Both the position numbers and the translations under genes were made by a program. Shown here piece by piece: positions 25,916 to 38,710 of a DNA stretch of 64,000 bases; within the stretch, counting starts at the first letter, position 1; the number at the start of each line of letters is the position of its first letter. Source of the stretch: Hypanus sabinus (taxonomy: Eukaryota); the NCBI RefSeq assembly GCF_030144855.1, contig NC_082731.1, forward strand, positions 29,946,001-30,010,000, read 5' to 3'. The notes beneath the pieces were generated by a model. It worked only from the letters and a program-made list of their open reading frames with translations. It did no database searches and was not told where the DNA came from.

Positions 25916-26479
25916 ATGATCTCTTCTGATTCCATCAGATTGGCCTTCCACCTGTTTTCAATCTCCACTCGAGGACCAATCCTATCCTTCTCCATAATTA
26001 TCCTCAAAATGATCAGTAGAGCAAAAGAGTTATTTTTCTATATTATCATGTATTGCATTGAACTGCTGCTGCTAAATTAACAAATTTCACGACACATTCT
26101 GGTGATAATAAACCTGATTCTGATTCTGAATGCAATTTAGCTCTGTTACCTGCCTGTCCTTCCTCACAGTTTCATCACACATGGGATCTAGTTGGATACC
26201 AACTACCCCAGTTTCGGCCCTATCACTCCAGTTCCCATCTCACTGCCAAATCATTTTAAGTGCTCCCCTACAGCTCAAGGAACCCTAGCAAAAGAGCAGA
26301 GTTTAACCTGATCAGATTCCCCATGATAGTTTTTACCCTCTGCACGGTTTGTTGTTACTCTGAGGAGGGGCAGGGCCTGAAGGGTGTACGGGAAGAAGGT
26401 AATATGCTGCCATGGAGTGGGGACGGATGTGGAAGGAATACAGACACTGTGCTACTCCAAATGGGCTGCATGGGATAGA

Positions 26480-27560
26480 GTTTGTCAGATGTGCTTTTGA
26501 AAGATTTTTTACTCAATATGCAGAGGTCAGGATAGTGGATCTCCTCAGGGAATGAGACAAGGCAGGTGACAGACGTGTGTGCAGGTGAACCTTTTTGCAC
26601 TGATGGTTTTCAGGATAATTATGGAGGATAGGATTGGTCCTCGAGTTGAGATTGAAAACAGGAGGAAGGCCAATTTTGATGGCATCAGAAGAGATCAGGC
26701 AGACATGGACTGGGATAGGTTGTTCTCCCGCAAAGGGATACTGGTTAGTGGGAGTTCTTCAAAAGGAGAAGATTGAATGTCCAGGATCTGTATGTTCCTG
26801 TTAGGATCAAAGGCACAGTTAAAAGATTTAGGGAAGCTTAGTTTTTCAGGGTATTGGGGCACTTGTGAAGGAGGAGGAGGTGAAGATTACGCATGGGGAG
26901 CTAGGATCAAATGAGGCACTTGAGTATGAGAAATGCAAAAGAACAGGTAAGAGAGAAATCAGGAGGACTAAAAGAAGACGTGACGTTGCTCTGACAGGCA
27001 AGATGAGAGAAAATCCCAGGGGATTCCATTGATATGTTAAGAGCAAAAGGATAGCAATGGACAGAATTGGTACTCTTTAAGATCAGCAAGGTCATCTGTG
27101 TGTGGAACAGGAAAAGGTGGATGAGATATTAAATGAATTCTCTGCATCTGTATTTTCTCAGGAGACAGAGAGAATCTATAGAACTGAGGAAAAACAATAG
27201 TGGGGTCATGGACTGTATCCAGATTATAGATGAGGAACGTTTATTTGAAGTTAGGGTGGAAAAATCCACAAAGCCTGACAAGGTGTCCCTTTGGTCCTCG
27301 CACGAGGCAAGTCCAGAAACCAAAGCAGGCGTGACAGAGGTATTAAAACATTCTTAACCGAGGGCAATGTGCCGGAGGACTGGAGGATACCAACTGCTGT
27401 TCCATTATTCCAGACAGGCTCTGAGAACAAGCCGGGAAACTGCAGCCCAGTGAGTCTGATATCAGTTGTGGATAAATTATTGGAAGATATTCTACTGAAC
27501 AGGATGTATAAGCATTCGGATAGACAGGGCCAGATTAGGAACAGTCAACATGCATTGTGC
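26480..27560 (+). mobile_element. Degenerate CR1 ORF2 fragment
   Basis: WRKANFDG-like and NKPGNCSPVSLISVVDKLLE motifs. Confidence 0.75.
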
Positions 27561-27730
27561 GGGGTACAATGTGTTGAACTGATCTTCAGAGTTTTTTGTG
27601 GACTTTACCAGAATCAGAATCAGGTTTATTATCACCGGCGTGGGTTGTTAAATTTGTTAACTTAACAGCAGCAGTATAGTGCAAAAGATGATGATATAGA
27701 AAAAAATAAATCAACTAAAGCATATATACG

Positions 27731-28278
27731 TGTATCACTCTGGGAAAGGTTTTATAATGGTCTTTCTGAAGAAGCAGTGTTTGTGTTATGGTTAGAGATA
27801 ACGGGTGCTTTGGAATGAGAGTCATCCAATGAAGGGAGAGTGTTTTTCATGTTGTGTGCCTGACATTGATGTGAGCTGGGTCTTTTGCTCGATGGGAGAT
27901 GAAGGGAGAAGATGCTGGAGAGGAGAGTTCGTAGGACTTGACCCAGAGCGGGGCTGATTCGACGAAGCCCGGGAAGATCAAAGGAGGCTCGGCATAGGGA
28001 AAACCATGAGCTCCAACTTGTGCACATTAGATTGTTTCATTAAAATCAGCCGTTTTGTTTTTTTTGCATTTTCTTTACTAACCCTTTAGTAACACTAAGA
28101 ATTATAAACCTAAATCGTTTAATTATATGCCTATTATTTTGTGGTAACGGGGTAACGAATCACACAGCATCCACATAAACAGGGGGTTTTGGGGGCTTGC
28201 ACTTCAATCTCACACGGTTAGCGGGGCTGGAGATTCTCTTCCCTAGACTTATGCAGCCGACGGAACCAGAGTGTTTCA
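27731..28278. mobile_element. Second solo LTR (548 bp), related to 22791-23486 in the opposite orientation, inserted in a Rex-type 3' end
   Basis: TG...CA termini; flanks TACG/TATG (4-bp TSD with a CpG transition); GAGCTCCAAC..TTGTGCAC and ATCACACAGCATCCACA match the reverse complement of the first LTR. Confidence 0.65.
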
Positions 28279-29339
28279 TATGTATATCAAATAGATTTAA
28301 AAAGTGCAAAACAGAAATAGTATAAAAAAGTAGTGAGGTAATGTTCATGGGTTCAACATCCATTCAGAAATCAGATGACAGAGGGAAAGAAACTGTTCCT
28401 GAATCACTGTGTGTGTACATTCAGGTTTCTGTACCTCGTTCCTGACAGGAACAATGAGAAGAGAGCATGTCCGGAGTGATGTGGGTCATGGCACCTTTCT
28501 GAGGCAGCACTCCTTGAAGAAGTCTTGGATACTACGGAGGCCAGTAACTGAGATGGCGTTGACTAATTTTACAACTTACTGTAACTTCTGTGCAGTAGTG
28601 CTCCTGCTCCCACACATATCAGACAGTGATGCAGCCTGTCAGGATGCTCCCCATGGTACGTCAGTAGAAACAAGCAGGTTGATGAACGGAAAACCTTGTT
28701 TAAATGGACTCCAGCAAGACCTTTGACAAAGGACCACAAGGGGGTCTCGTCCTGAAGAATAAGTCACCTGGTGTTCAAGTTGCAGTAGTAAATGGGATTC
28801 AGCATTGTTTAGCGGGAGAAGATAGAAAGTGGGAGTACACAACTGTCTCTCTGACTGGAGGGCTGTGACTAGGGGTGTACTGCAGAGGTCATCGATCATC
28901 AACTGTATAAATGATTTAGATGATCTGGTAAACTGCATCAGCAAATTTGCAGATGACAACAAGTATGGGGAAGTAGCAAGGGAGGCTAACAAAGATCACA
29001 GCATCATAAACAAGAGAAAAATGGCAGATGCTGGAAATCCAAAGCAACACAGGAAAAATGCTAGAGGAACCCAGCCCGTCAGAGACCCTTCATCTAGACT
29101 GGAAAGAAAGATGAGAGGATGCTCAAAACAATTAATTAGGGACCTGATAGATCTCAGAATTCTGGACTGATAACAGAGCACTGATAAGAATTATTTGGGA
29201 CTTCTGGTAAGTATCAGTACAATCAAAATAAACCAATGCAGCAAGATTGCAGCATGGTCTGAACCAGTGGGAAAATGGACTGAATAACGGCAGAGGGGGA
29301 TAATGCCAATGGGTGTGCAGTGTTGCATTTTCCAGGGTA

Positions 29340-29960
29340 GGAACAACACCGTGAATAGTAGGGTTGAGAGGGTGAACAGCTTCAAGTTCCTTAGTATACA
29401 CATCACCAAGGATCTCACTCAGTCTGTATTTACCAGCTGTGTGGTGAAAAAAGCACAACAGCACCTCTTTCACCTCAGATTGTTGAAGAAGTTCAGCATG
29501 AGTCCCTAAATCCTAAGGACTTTCCACAGGGTATAACTGAGAGCATCCTGACTGGCTGTATCACTGCCTGGTATGGGAACCAATTAAAGGGCACTGCAGA
29601 GAGTGGTGTGGACAGGCCAGCGCATCTGTAGATGTGAACTTCCCACTATTCAGGACAGTTACAGCGACAGCAGTGGATCATTGGGACCCTAGCCACCCCA
29701 GTCACAAACTGTTCCAGCTGCTACCATCCGGGAAACGGTACCACAGCATTAAAGGCTCAGGGACACCTTCTTCCACGAGGCCATCAGACTGATTAATTCA
29801 CACTGACACTATAGTATTTCGAAGCTATGTTGGCTGCTCTGTTGTATATCTCACTGAACATTCTATTTATTACAAATTACTACAATTTGCACATTCAAAC
29901 GGAGATGTAATGTAAAGATCTTTACTCCTCACATTACGTGAAGGATGTAAGAAATAAAGT
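29340..29960 (+). mobile_element. Rex1/Babar-type LINE 3' fragment
   Basis: VERVNSFKFLSIHITKDL..VKKAQQHLFHLR and ESILTGCITAWYG. Confidence 0.8.
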
Positions 29961-30959
29961 CAATTCAATTCAGTAGGGAACTGAGATGTGCAGTAGAACA
30001 AAGGGATCTAGGAATACAGATCCATAATTCCTTGAAAGTGGAATCACAGACAGACGGGGTCATAAAGACATTTTGGAACACTGGCATTCATCAGTAAGTG
30101 CAGGAGCTGAAGTTGTATAAGACATTGGTGAGGCCGGATTTGGAATGCTACAAGTAGTTCTCAACACCTGCAAACAGTTTGAAAAGAGTACAGAGAAAGT
30201 CTGCAAGGAATTAGCCAAGACTTGAGGACATGAGTTATAGGGAAAGGTTGCACTGGGTAGGATATTATCCCCTGGAGCACAGGAGATGTATAAGGGGTAT
30301 AGAAAGGGTAAATACAAGCATGCATTTCTCTCCCTCCCCCTCCCAGTTTGGATGAGACTAGAACTAGAGGGCCTAGGTTTCAGACGAAAAGTGAAATATT
30401 TAAGGGAAACAGGAGGGAATCTTCTTCACTCAGATGAAGGTGCAAGTGTGGATTGAGCTGCCAGCATAAGAGAAGTTTGGATATGTGCATGGGAGGGTTG
30501 GGTCTTCAGGCCAATGTTCTGTTTGTGGGTAGACGGGTCTAACCAGAAAAACCAGTTGGCATGGATTCTATGAATCTTCAAATTACCTGATAATCTATCC
30601 AAACTCAGAAATACAAAGCTACAGGAGATTTACATCCCTCCTTGAAAGGAGCAAGCTGGCCTGGGGAATCAGACTAGCAAACCCTTGGAGCACGACCCTT
30701 CAGAGCAGCAGACTATCACCTCACTTGGACAATTCAGGCAGTTAATGTATCTGACAGACGGGACTCACAGTCAATTAATTGCTGGGTTGTGATTCCTGAA
30801 AGGTGATGGAGAGCTACTCAGCCAGACATCTCACTGAAAAATGAATGTTATCCTTGATCTTTGATGGTTTCATGTATGCCCAGAGTACTGTGAATGTCTT
30901 TATAAGTTCTATCCCCTCACCCAACACCATCTTCATTCAATGCCATTACCTGCACTGCA

Positions 30960-31800
30960 TTCCTCTCTATCTGTTTAGATACAACACTGAATCACGTCAT
31001 CTGCAGAAATTCTCCGATGACTCAGCAGTAGTTGGGTGCATAAAGGGAGGATGAATATAGGACCTGATGGAGGACTCTGTCAAATGGTGCAAGCTGAATC
31101 AACTGCAGCTCAACGTTGTTAAGACAGACGGTGATGGACTTCAGAAGGACTAAGCCTGCATTGCTGACCTGTTACTGTTGATTATGAGGACATGGATGTC
31201 CTACAAGTACTTGGGGGTGCACCTGGATGACAGACTTGAATGGAGTGCCAACACAGAGGTTCTACACAAGAAGGGTTGGAGTTGCCTCTGCTTCCTGAGG
31301 AAACTGAGGTCCTTTGGAGTATGAAGGCCTCTCCTTCACATGTTCTACCAGTCTGTGTCACCAGTAGTCTTCTATGCAGTGCTGTGCTGGGGCTGTGGCC
31401 TCAACATGGGTGATTCCAACAGGCTCAATAAACTGATTAGAAAGAATGACTCTGTTATAGGAGTCAAACTGGATATACCGGAGGCTGTGGTAGAACAAAG
31501 GACCCTACGGAGAATCCTGGCAATTCTGGACAATGTTTCTGACCCTCCGCATGCCACCTTGACTGAACAGAGGGGCATTTTTAGTAATAAACTAAGACAA
31601 GTGTGCTGCTCCAAAGCGTGTGATATGAGGTCATTCTTACCCTCAGCCATGAGGCTCTATAATGAGTCAACCTATACCTGGGGAAGTGATGAACCCCTCC
31701 TGTTAGACTAATCATTCTTTTCTAATTCTTTACTTCTCTTCTAATATTTGTATATCTGTGCACTTATAATGTTACTGTCACACTGTAAATTCCTTTGGGA
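30960..31800 (+). mobile_element. Rex1/Babar-type LINE RT and 3' fragment
   Basis: HLQKFSDDSAVVGCI (RT motif), YKYLGVHLD and MFYQSV..VFYAVLCWG. Confidence 0.8.
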
Positions 31801-32399
31801 TCAATAATGAATCTATCAATATTCTGGTGTTTATCAATGACACAAACTAATCGGAGTTTCCATGTACACAATGTAGGTACGAGACCAGGTCTGACGCTGG
31901 AAATCCCATCTACCATCTACAAAGCTGAAGTGAAGGGTCTGATGGAGAAGTCTCCTCATGGTTGGACGAACAACAACAACAACACTCACACCATCCATGA
32001 CACAACCCACCTGACAGGCACCCCATCCATAACCATTCACTCACTCCACCACTGATGCATAGTAACAGCAGTTTTTACCATGTATGGGGCACACTAAAGC
32101 GACTCATCAAAATTTCTTGACAGCATCTTCCAAAGCTTGTCTCTGTAACCTCCCTCCCATCCTCTCCTGCCCAGGCAGTGCCCCCGTCCCTCTCCTTGTA
32201 CAGATCGAGCGTACATTATGGAGGCTGATAGTGGGCCTCCACAGCTCCCTCTGGTAACAAATTCCACAAATTCACCACTCCCTGGCTAAAGAAATTGAAT
32301 TGAATTTATTTTATTACTTATGTCCTTCAAATATATGAGAAAAAAATGTCATTATGTTACATCTCTGTTCAAAAGTGCAATGTGTAATTATAGTAATTT

Positions 32400-34910
32400 A
32401 CAATGTCTCTGCAACTCTGTTTTAAATGAATGCCCCTCTATCCTGAGGCTGTGCCCGCTTGTCCTAGACTCCCCCACCATAGGAAACATCCTTTCCACAT
32501 CTACTTTGTCTAGGCCTTTCAATATTCGAAAGGTTTCGATGAGATACCCCCTCATCCTGCTAAATTCCAGCGAGTACAGACCCGAAGCCATCAAACGTTC
32601 CTTTCCTTCCCAGAATCATCCTTGTGAAACTCATCTGAACTTTCTCCAATGCCAGCACATCTTTTCCTAGATTAGGAGCCCAAAACTGTTCACAATACTC
32701 AAGGTGAGGCATCACTGGTGCCTTATAAAGCCTCAGCATCACATCCCTGCTCTTATATTCCAGGCCTCTTGAAATAAATGCGACCACTGCATTTGCCTTC
32801 CTCACCACCGACTCAACCTGCAAGTTAACCTTCAGGTTGTTCTGCACAAAAACTCCCAAGTCCTTTTGCATCTCAGGTTTTTGGAATTTCTCCCTATTTA
32901 GAAAATAATCTGCACATTTATTTCTATTACCAAAGTACATGACCATGCACTTTCTTGCCCATTCTCCTAATCTGCCTAAGTCTTTCTGGAGCCTTCTTGT
33001 TCCTCAACACTAAACTTCGTATCATCTGCAAATTTGGCCACAAAGCCATCTATTCCACCATCTAAATCATTGATATACAGCATAAGAAGAAGTGGTCCCA
33101 ACTCCGACCTCTGCAGAACACCACCAGTCACTGGCAACTAACCAGAAAAGGATCTTTTTATTTTCACTCGCTGCCTCCTACCAATCAGCCAATGCTCTAA
33201 TCATGCTAATAACTTTCCTGGAATACCATGGGCTCTTAACTTGATAAGCAACCTTGTGTGTGGCACCTTGTCATAGGCATCCCCTTATCTATCCTCACAT
33301 ACAAACAAGCTGGATGAATTCAGCAGGTTGGGCAGCATCCGTTAAATTGTGCAGTCAACGTTTCGGGCCGAGACCCTTCGTCAGGACTGAATGTAGATTC
33401 ATCAGGTCTCGGCCAGAGTCCAATGATTCGTGAAGGATCATTACTAATGCTTCCACAATCTCTACCGCTGCCTCTTTCAGAACTCTAGGATGCAGTTCAT
33501 CTGGTCTGGGTGACTTATGTACCTTTAAGCCTTTCATTTTTGAGCACCTTCTCCTTTCTCTTCTCTCACACCCTTCAACACCTGACACATTGCTACTGTC
33601 TTCCACAATGAACACTGATGCAAAATACTCACTTCGTTCACCTGCCATCCCCATGTCTATTCCCATTATTAATAATCCCCATTATTAATTCTCCAGCCTT
33701 ATTTTCTAGTGGTCCTATATACACTCTCATCTTTTATTTTTTATATAATTGAGAAAGCTTTTTCTATCCACCTTGATATTGCTTGCTAGCTTGCTTTCAT
33801 ATTTCATCTTTTCCCTCCTAATGATTCCTTTGGTTGCTTTCTGTAGGTTTTTAAAAGCTTCTCAAACCTCTATCTAACAGTAAATTTTTTTGCTTTGTTG
33901 TATGCCCTCACGTTTGCTTTTACGTTTGTCAACCACGGTTGTATTATTTTGCCATTTGAGTATTTTGTTATTTCTGGAATACATCTATCCTGCACCTTTT
34001 CCCAAAAACTCAAGCCACTGCTGCTCTATCATCCCCGCTAGCATCTCCTTCCAACTTACTTTGACCAATTCCCCTCTCACACCACTGTGATTTCCTTTAC
34101 TCCACTGAAATACTGCTACGTCAAATTTCAATTTGAACTCAATAATTCACTGTCTCCAAACAGTTCCTTTACCTTAAACTCCCTAATCTCCTCCAGTTCA
34201 TTACATAATACCCAATCCAGTATAACTGATCCCCTAGTAGGCTCAATGACAACCTGCTGTAAACAGCCATCTCACAAACATTCAAATTTACTCTCTGGAG
34301 ATCCATTAGCAACCTGATTTTCCCAACCTACCTGCATGTTAAAATCTCCCATGACTATCATAACACTGCCCTTTTGACACACCATTTTTATTTCCATTGT
34401 AATCTGTCGTCCACATCCCAGCTACTGTTTGGAGGCCTGACTATAACTGCCATCAGGGTCCTTTTACCCTTGCAGTTTCTTAACTCAACCCACAAGGATT
34501 CAACATCTTCCGATCCTAAGGATCCTGTCTTTTCTAATGATTTGATGCCATTTTTTACCAGCAGAGTCACGTCACCCCCTCTGCCTACCTTCCTATCCCT
34601 CTGATTCAACGTGTAACCATAGACATTCAGCTCCCAACGACAACCATCCTTCAAGCACGATTCAGTGATGGCCACAACATCATACCTGACAACCTGTAAA
34701 ATTGCACCAAGATCATCCACCTTATTTCTTATACTCCATGCACTGAGATATAACACGTTGAGTACTGAATTTGCTACCCTTCTTGATTCAGCAACCCTAA
34801 TGCATTGATACTCATCCGGCTGGCTGCAATTTTGTCCTGTCATCTGCAGGCCCTTCCAGACAGTCTGCACGCTAACTTTGCTTTTTTACCATCCATCCTA
34901 TCCTGAGTCC
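32400..34910 (-). mobile_element. Degenerate CR1 LINE pieces
   Basis: LYLSAWSIRNKVDDL, GPDELHPRVLKE and PHLEYCEQFWAP on the minus strand. Confidence 0.8.
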
Positions 34911-37900
34911 CTTCACTCGGTTAAACACGTGCCTGCTGAACCCTGGCACTTCATGTAACTTGACCCCCTGACTTCAACCCACCATGTGAGATCTGAATAT
35001 CAGGAGCGCAGGTCACCCGGGATCACTGCGTCAACTGAAAGATGGAATAGGTTAGGACTTTATTCCCTCAAGCTTTGCAGAATGAGGTGAATTGATAGAA
35101 ACAGGCAAAATTATGAAGGGAATAGATAGGGAAATGCAAGCAGGCTTTTTCCACTGAGCTTGGGTGAGACGAGCACGAGAGGTCATAGGTTAAGTGTGAA
35201 AGGTGAAAGGGGAGCCTCTTCACCCTCAGGGTGGTGCGAGTGTGGGAAAAGCTGCCAGCAGCAGTGGTGGATGTGGGGTCAATCGCAACATTTAAGAGTG
35301 GTTTGGATAGTATGTGCATAGGAGGGGCATGCAGGGCTATGGCTCAGGTGTGACACAATGGAACTGGGCAGAATAATTCAGAACGGACTAGGTGGGCTGA
35401 AGTGCTCTCCGACTCTATGACCAGGTCACCTAGGGCAGCTCAGGAGAAGCGGAAGCAGGAGCCACTCTTCAGCGCCCTCTGGGAACCAACCCTACCCCTC
35501 CAGTGGCATACCGAGCGCTCTGCACCCAGGAGGACACAAAGAGCCTCAGGCATGGGCTGGATGGACAGTTGCCCTGGATACCTCCAGGCTTGTAGTGGGC
35601 ACTACTGAGGGGAGGACATCCTGTCCAGGACACCATTCACCCAGTCACCCTTTCACCCTGTAGCAGGATCCCAGTTAACCTCATCATCCCGGATTCTCTG
35701 GCTGTTCCTTGCCCTATATCCACGACCTTCCCATTAACAATCTATGCTACCATTCCCTGGTCTTCCCATGTCATTCCTTCTCTGGACTCTGACAGGATCA
35801 CCACTTAGGCTGGGCTTTTCCAGGTTTCTTTTGCCTCCCAAACGCTGCTGCTCTACAGAGATTGACCAAGAGCAGCGATTCCCACGCTGGGGGGTGAGTG
35901 GGGGGTGATACACATTTTAGGGGTTTGAGAATGTTCTTAAACCACTTCCTCTGTACCTCTTATAACCACTTGCAAATACTCACTCTGAGCTCCCTCGTAG
36001 TGAGTCTGGTGTAAGCAAATAGAACGGACGGCCACTGCAGCCCTTAGAATCTCATTGCTCTTATTGGATTCAGCTGTGGGCCTGGGGAGAGGACGCTGAG
36101 CCTGTTCACTTTCCCAATTTAAATGCCGGCCCAGATCGGGGGCGAGAGCCGATTTCACTCGCTCCCTGCGATCTTCTTGCCTCTCTCTGAGACACCGGAG
36201 CCTTTCACTGTTCCACTGTTAAACGCTGGGCCAGATAAAGGGTGTGGGGACGAGAGCTGATTTCCCCCATTCTCTGCGATGGCCATCTCCATGGCACTGA
36301 GGCTATGAAGACTGCCCTGGCTGCAGTGCTCTGTGCTGCTAATATGATGAACTGAGAAGTGAGGCTTTGGGCATACTCTGGGCCGCTGCAGGGTTTGCAT
36401 CTGAGGCCTCAGTTTTGATTCGGAATGCTGTTACAAGATTTGTGCTTTTCTTCTGCCTCTTGCACGTCAGGTGTTGGTCTTTTCTTTTTACTCTTGTTGT
36501 TGAATTGGGCTCTTCCAGGTTTCTTGCTCTGTGGCTACCTGTGAGCAAGTAAGCCTCAAGGTTGTATAATTTAAACATTCTTTGATAATAAATGTACTTG
36601 AATCTGTTTGTGAATTTGAAGGGCTTTTCAGGGACCACACTGGTGGTGCCTCTCCAATGAGATGCCACTCTGTGTACTTGGTGTCTCGGGAATGTACATC
36701 GGGGCAGATCGTCACCACCTGCTAGAAGACGAGCTTTGAGACACGTTGGAGGCCCAGATCCTCAAACACAGATTCGGAGTTCTCCGAGGAGGCTCCTGAG
36801 GTCTGGAAAATGCTGCATGTTTTCCAAAGTCTCATCATAAACCTTCACTGTTCAGTGTTGTAATTGTGTAGCAGGACAAGTGGAGAGCGGACCTATGTTT
36901 TGGGAATGGTTGCTGCACGACAATTCAGGTATTTCAGTGAAGCTGAATTTGAGTGCGGACTCTGAACGGCATATACAGAAACATAGTCTGTGTATAGTAG
37001 CTCACTGCCTGAGGCTGGAGTGACAGTGGTTCTGTGGGTTGCAGGTTCAGGAATTACCCTGTCGTCCTGGGAATCGGCTCCACTGCAGCAGGAGACTCCT
37101 GAATTCAGAGGAATTGCATGGACAGCTAGTGGCCATGGGATTCCAGTGACTTTTAAAGGTTTCCTCTGCACCAGACTTTGTCATCATCACCAAGACCAGT
37201 GATGTCCTTGACTATCTCTAATTGTCCCTGAGCACAGGATGGAGACACTGCAGTTCAAAGTCAGAATCAGGTTTAATATCATCGGCATACGTTGTGAAAT
37301 TTGCTAACTTTGTGCTAGCAGTACAACGTAATACATAATAATAGAGAGAAAATAAAACTGTGAATGACAGTATCTATATATTTAATAATTACATTAAATA
37401 AGCAGTACAAAAAAAAGGAAATTAAAAAGTAGTGAGTTCGTGTTCATGGGTTCAATGTCCATTCAGAAATCAGATGGCAGAAGGGAAGAATCATTGGGTG
37501 TGTGTGACATCAGGCTTCTGGTGGGAATGAGAAGACGGCATGTCCTGGGTGGTGGAGGTCCTTAATGATGGACGCCGCCTTTCTGACGCACCTTCATGGA
37601 GTGTATGGACTAAAAGAATAAGCCGAAGCCTTTCCGAGGAAGTATGGCAATACTGTACTGTCATGTGGAAATGGTGTCGAAGACTGTCTTTTCTGATGGG
37701 TTATCTGCTTGGTCCTCAAACCAAGAAGGTGCTGTCTGCGTGGAGTTTGCACATTGTCCCTGTGATTGCTCCTGATCCCCGCCATTTCCCAAACATTTAT
37801 TTATTTACTGAGGTACAGAGTAGAACAGGCCCTTTTGGTCCTTCGAACCGTGTTGCCCAGAAACTCTCAATTTAATCCTACACTAATCCTGGGATAATTT

Positions 37901-38216
37901 ACCTGCCTGTCCCTGTATTACATGAAATTTTATTACATACGCAGTTTAACATCACCAGCATAAGTCATGAAGTTTGTTAAGTTTGCAGCAACAATGCAAT
38001 GGTCATAGAGAGAAAAACTGACCACAGTGTTTCCTAATTTCGTTTTCTCTCTAGCACCATTGTACTGCTTCTGCAAACTTAACAAATTTCATTACTTATG
38101 TTAGCGATATTAACAATATAATGGTAATAAAATATAATCAAACAGGTAGTGCAAGAAAAAGGAAATTAAAAAAAGTAGTGAGGCAGGACTCATGGGTTCA
38201 ATTTCCATACAGGAAT

Positions 38217-38710
38217 CTGATGGCAGAGAGGAAGAAGCTGTTCTTGAATCACTGAGTGTGTGTCTTCAGGCTCCTGTACCTCCGTCCTGATGGCAGAGGG
38301 GAAGAAGCTGTTCTTGAATCACTGAGTGTGTGTCTTCAGGCTCCTGTACCTCCTTCCTGATGGTAGAGGGGAAGAAGCTGTTCCTGAATCGCTGAGTGTG
38401 TGTCTTCAGGCTTCTGTACCTCCTTCCTGATGGCAGAGGGGAAGAAGCTGTTCTCAAATCAGTGAGTGTGTGTCTTCAGGCTTCTGTACCTCCTCCCTGA
38501 TGGCAGAGGGGAAGAAGCTGTTGCTGAATCGCTGAGTGTGTTTCTTCAGGCTCCTGTACCTCCTTCCTGATGGCAGAGGGGAAGAAGCTGTTGCTGAATC
38601 GCTGAGTGTGTGTCTTCAGGCTCCTGTACCTCCTCCCTGATGGCAGAGGGGAAGAAGCTGTTCCTGAATCGCTGAGTGTGTGTCTTCAGGCTCCTGTACC
38701 TCCTTCCTGA
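38217..38710. repeat. 70-bp tandem repeat, 7 copies, derived from the 3' end of a Rex-type LINE
   Basis: Unit CTGATGGCAGAGGGGAAGAAGCTGTT.CTGAATC.CTGAGTGTGTGTCTTCAGGCT.CTGTACCTCC..C starts at 38217, 38287, 38357, 38427, 38497, 38567 and 38637. Confidence 0.95.

Noticed and set aside
36640-37200. Possible decayed Gypsy integrase C-terminus
   Set aside because: Only vague motif similarity; too degraded to call.
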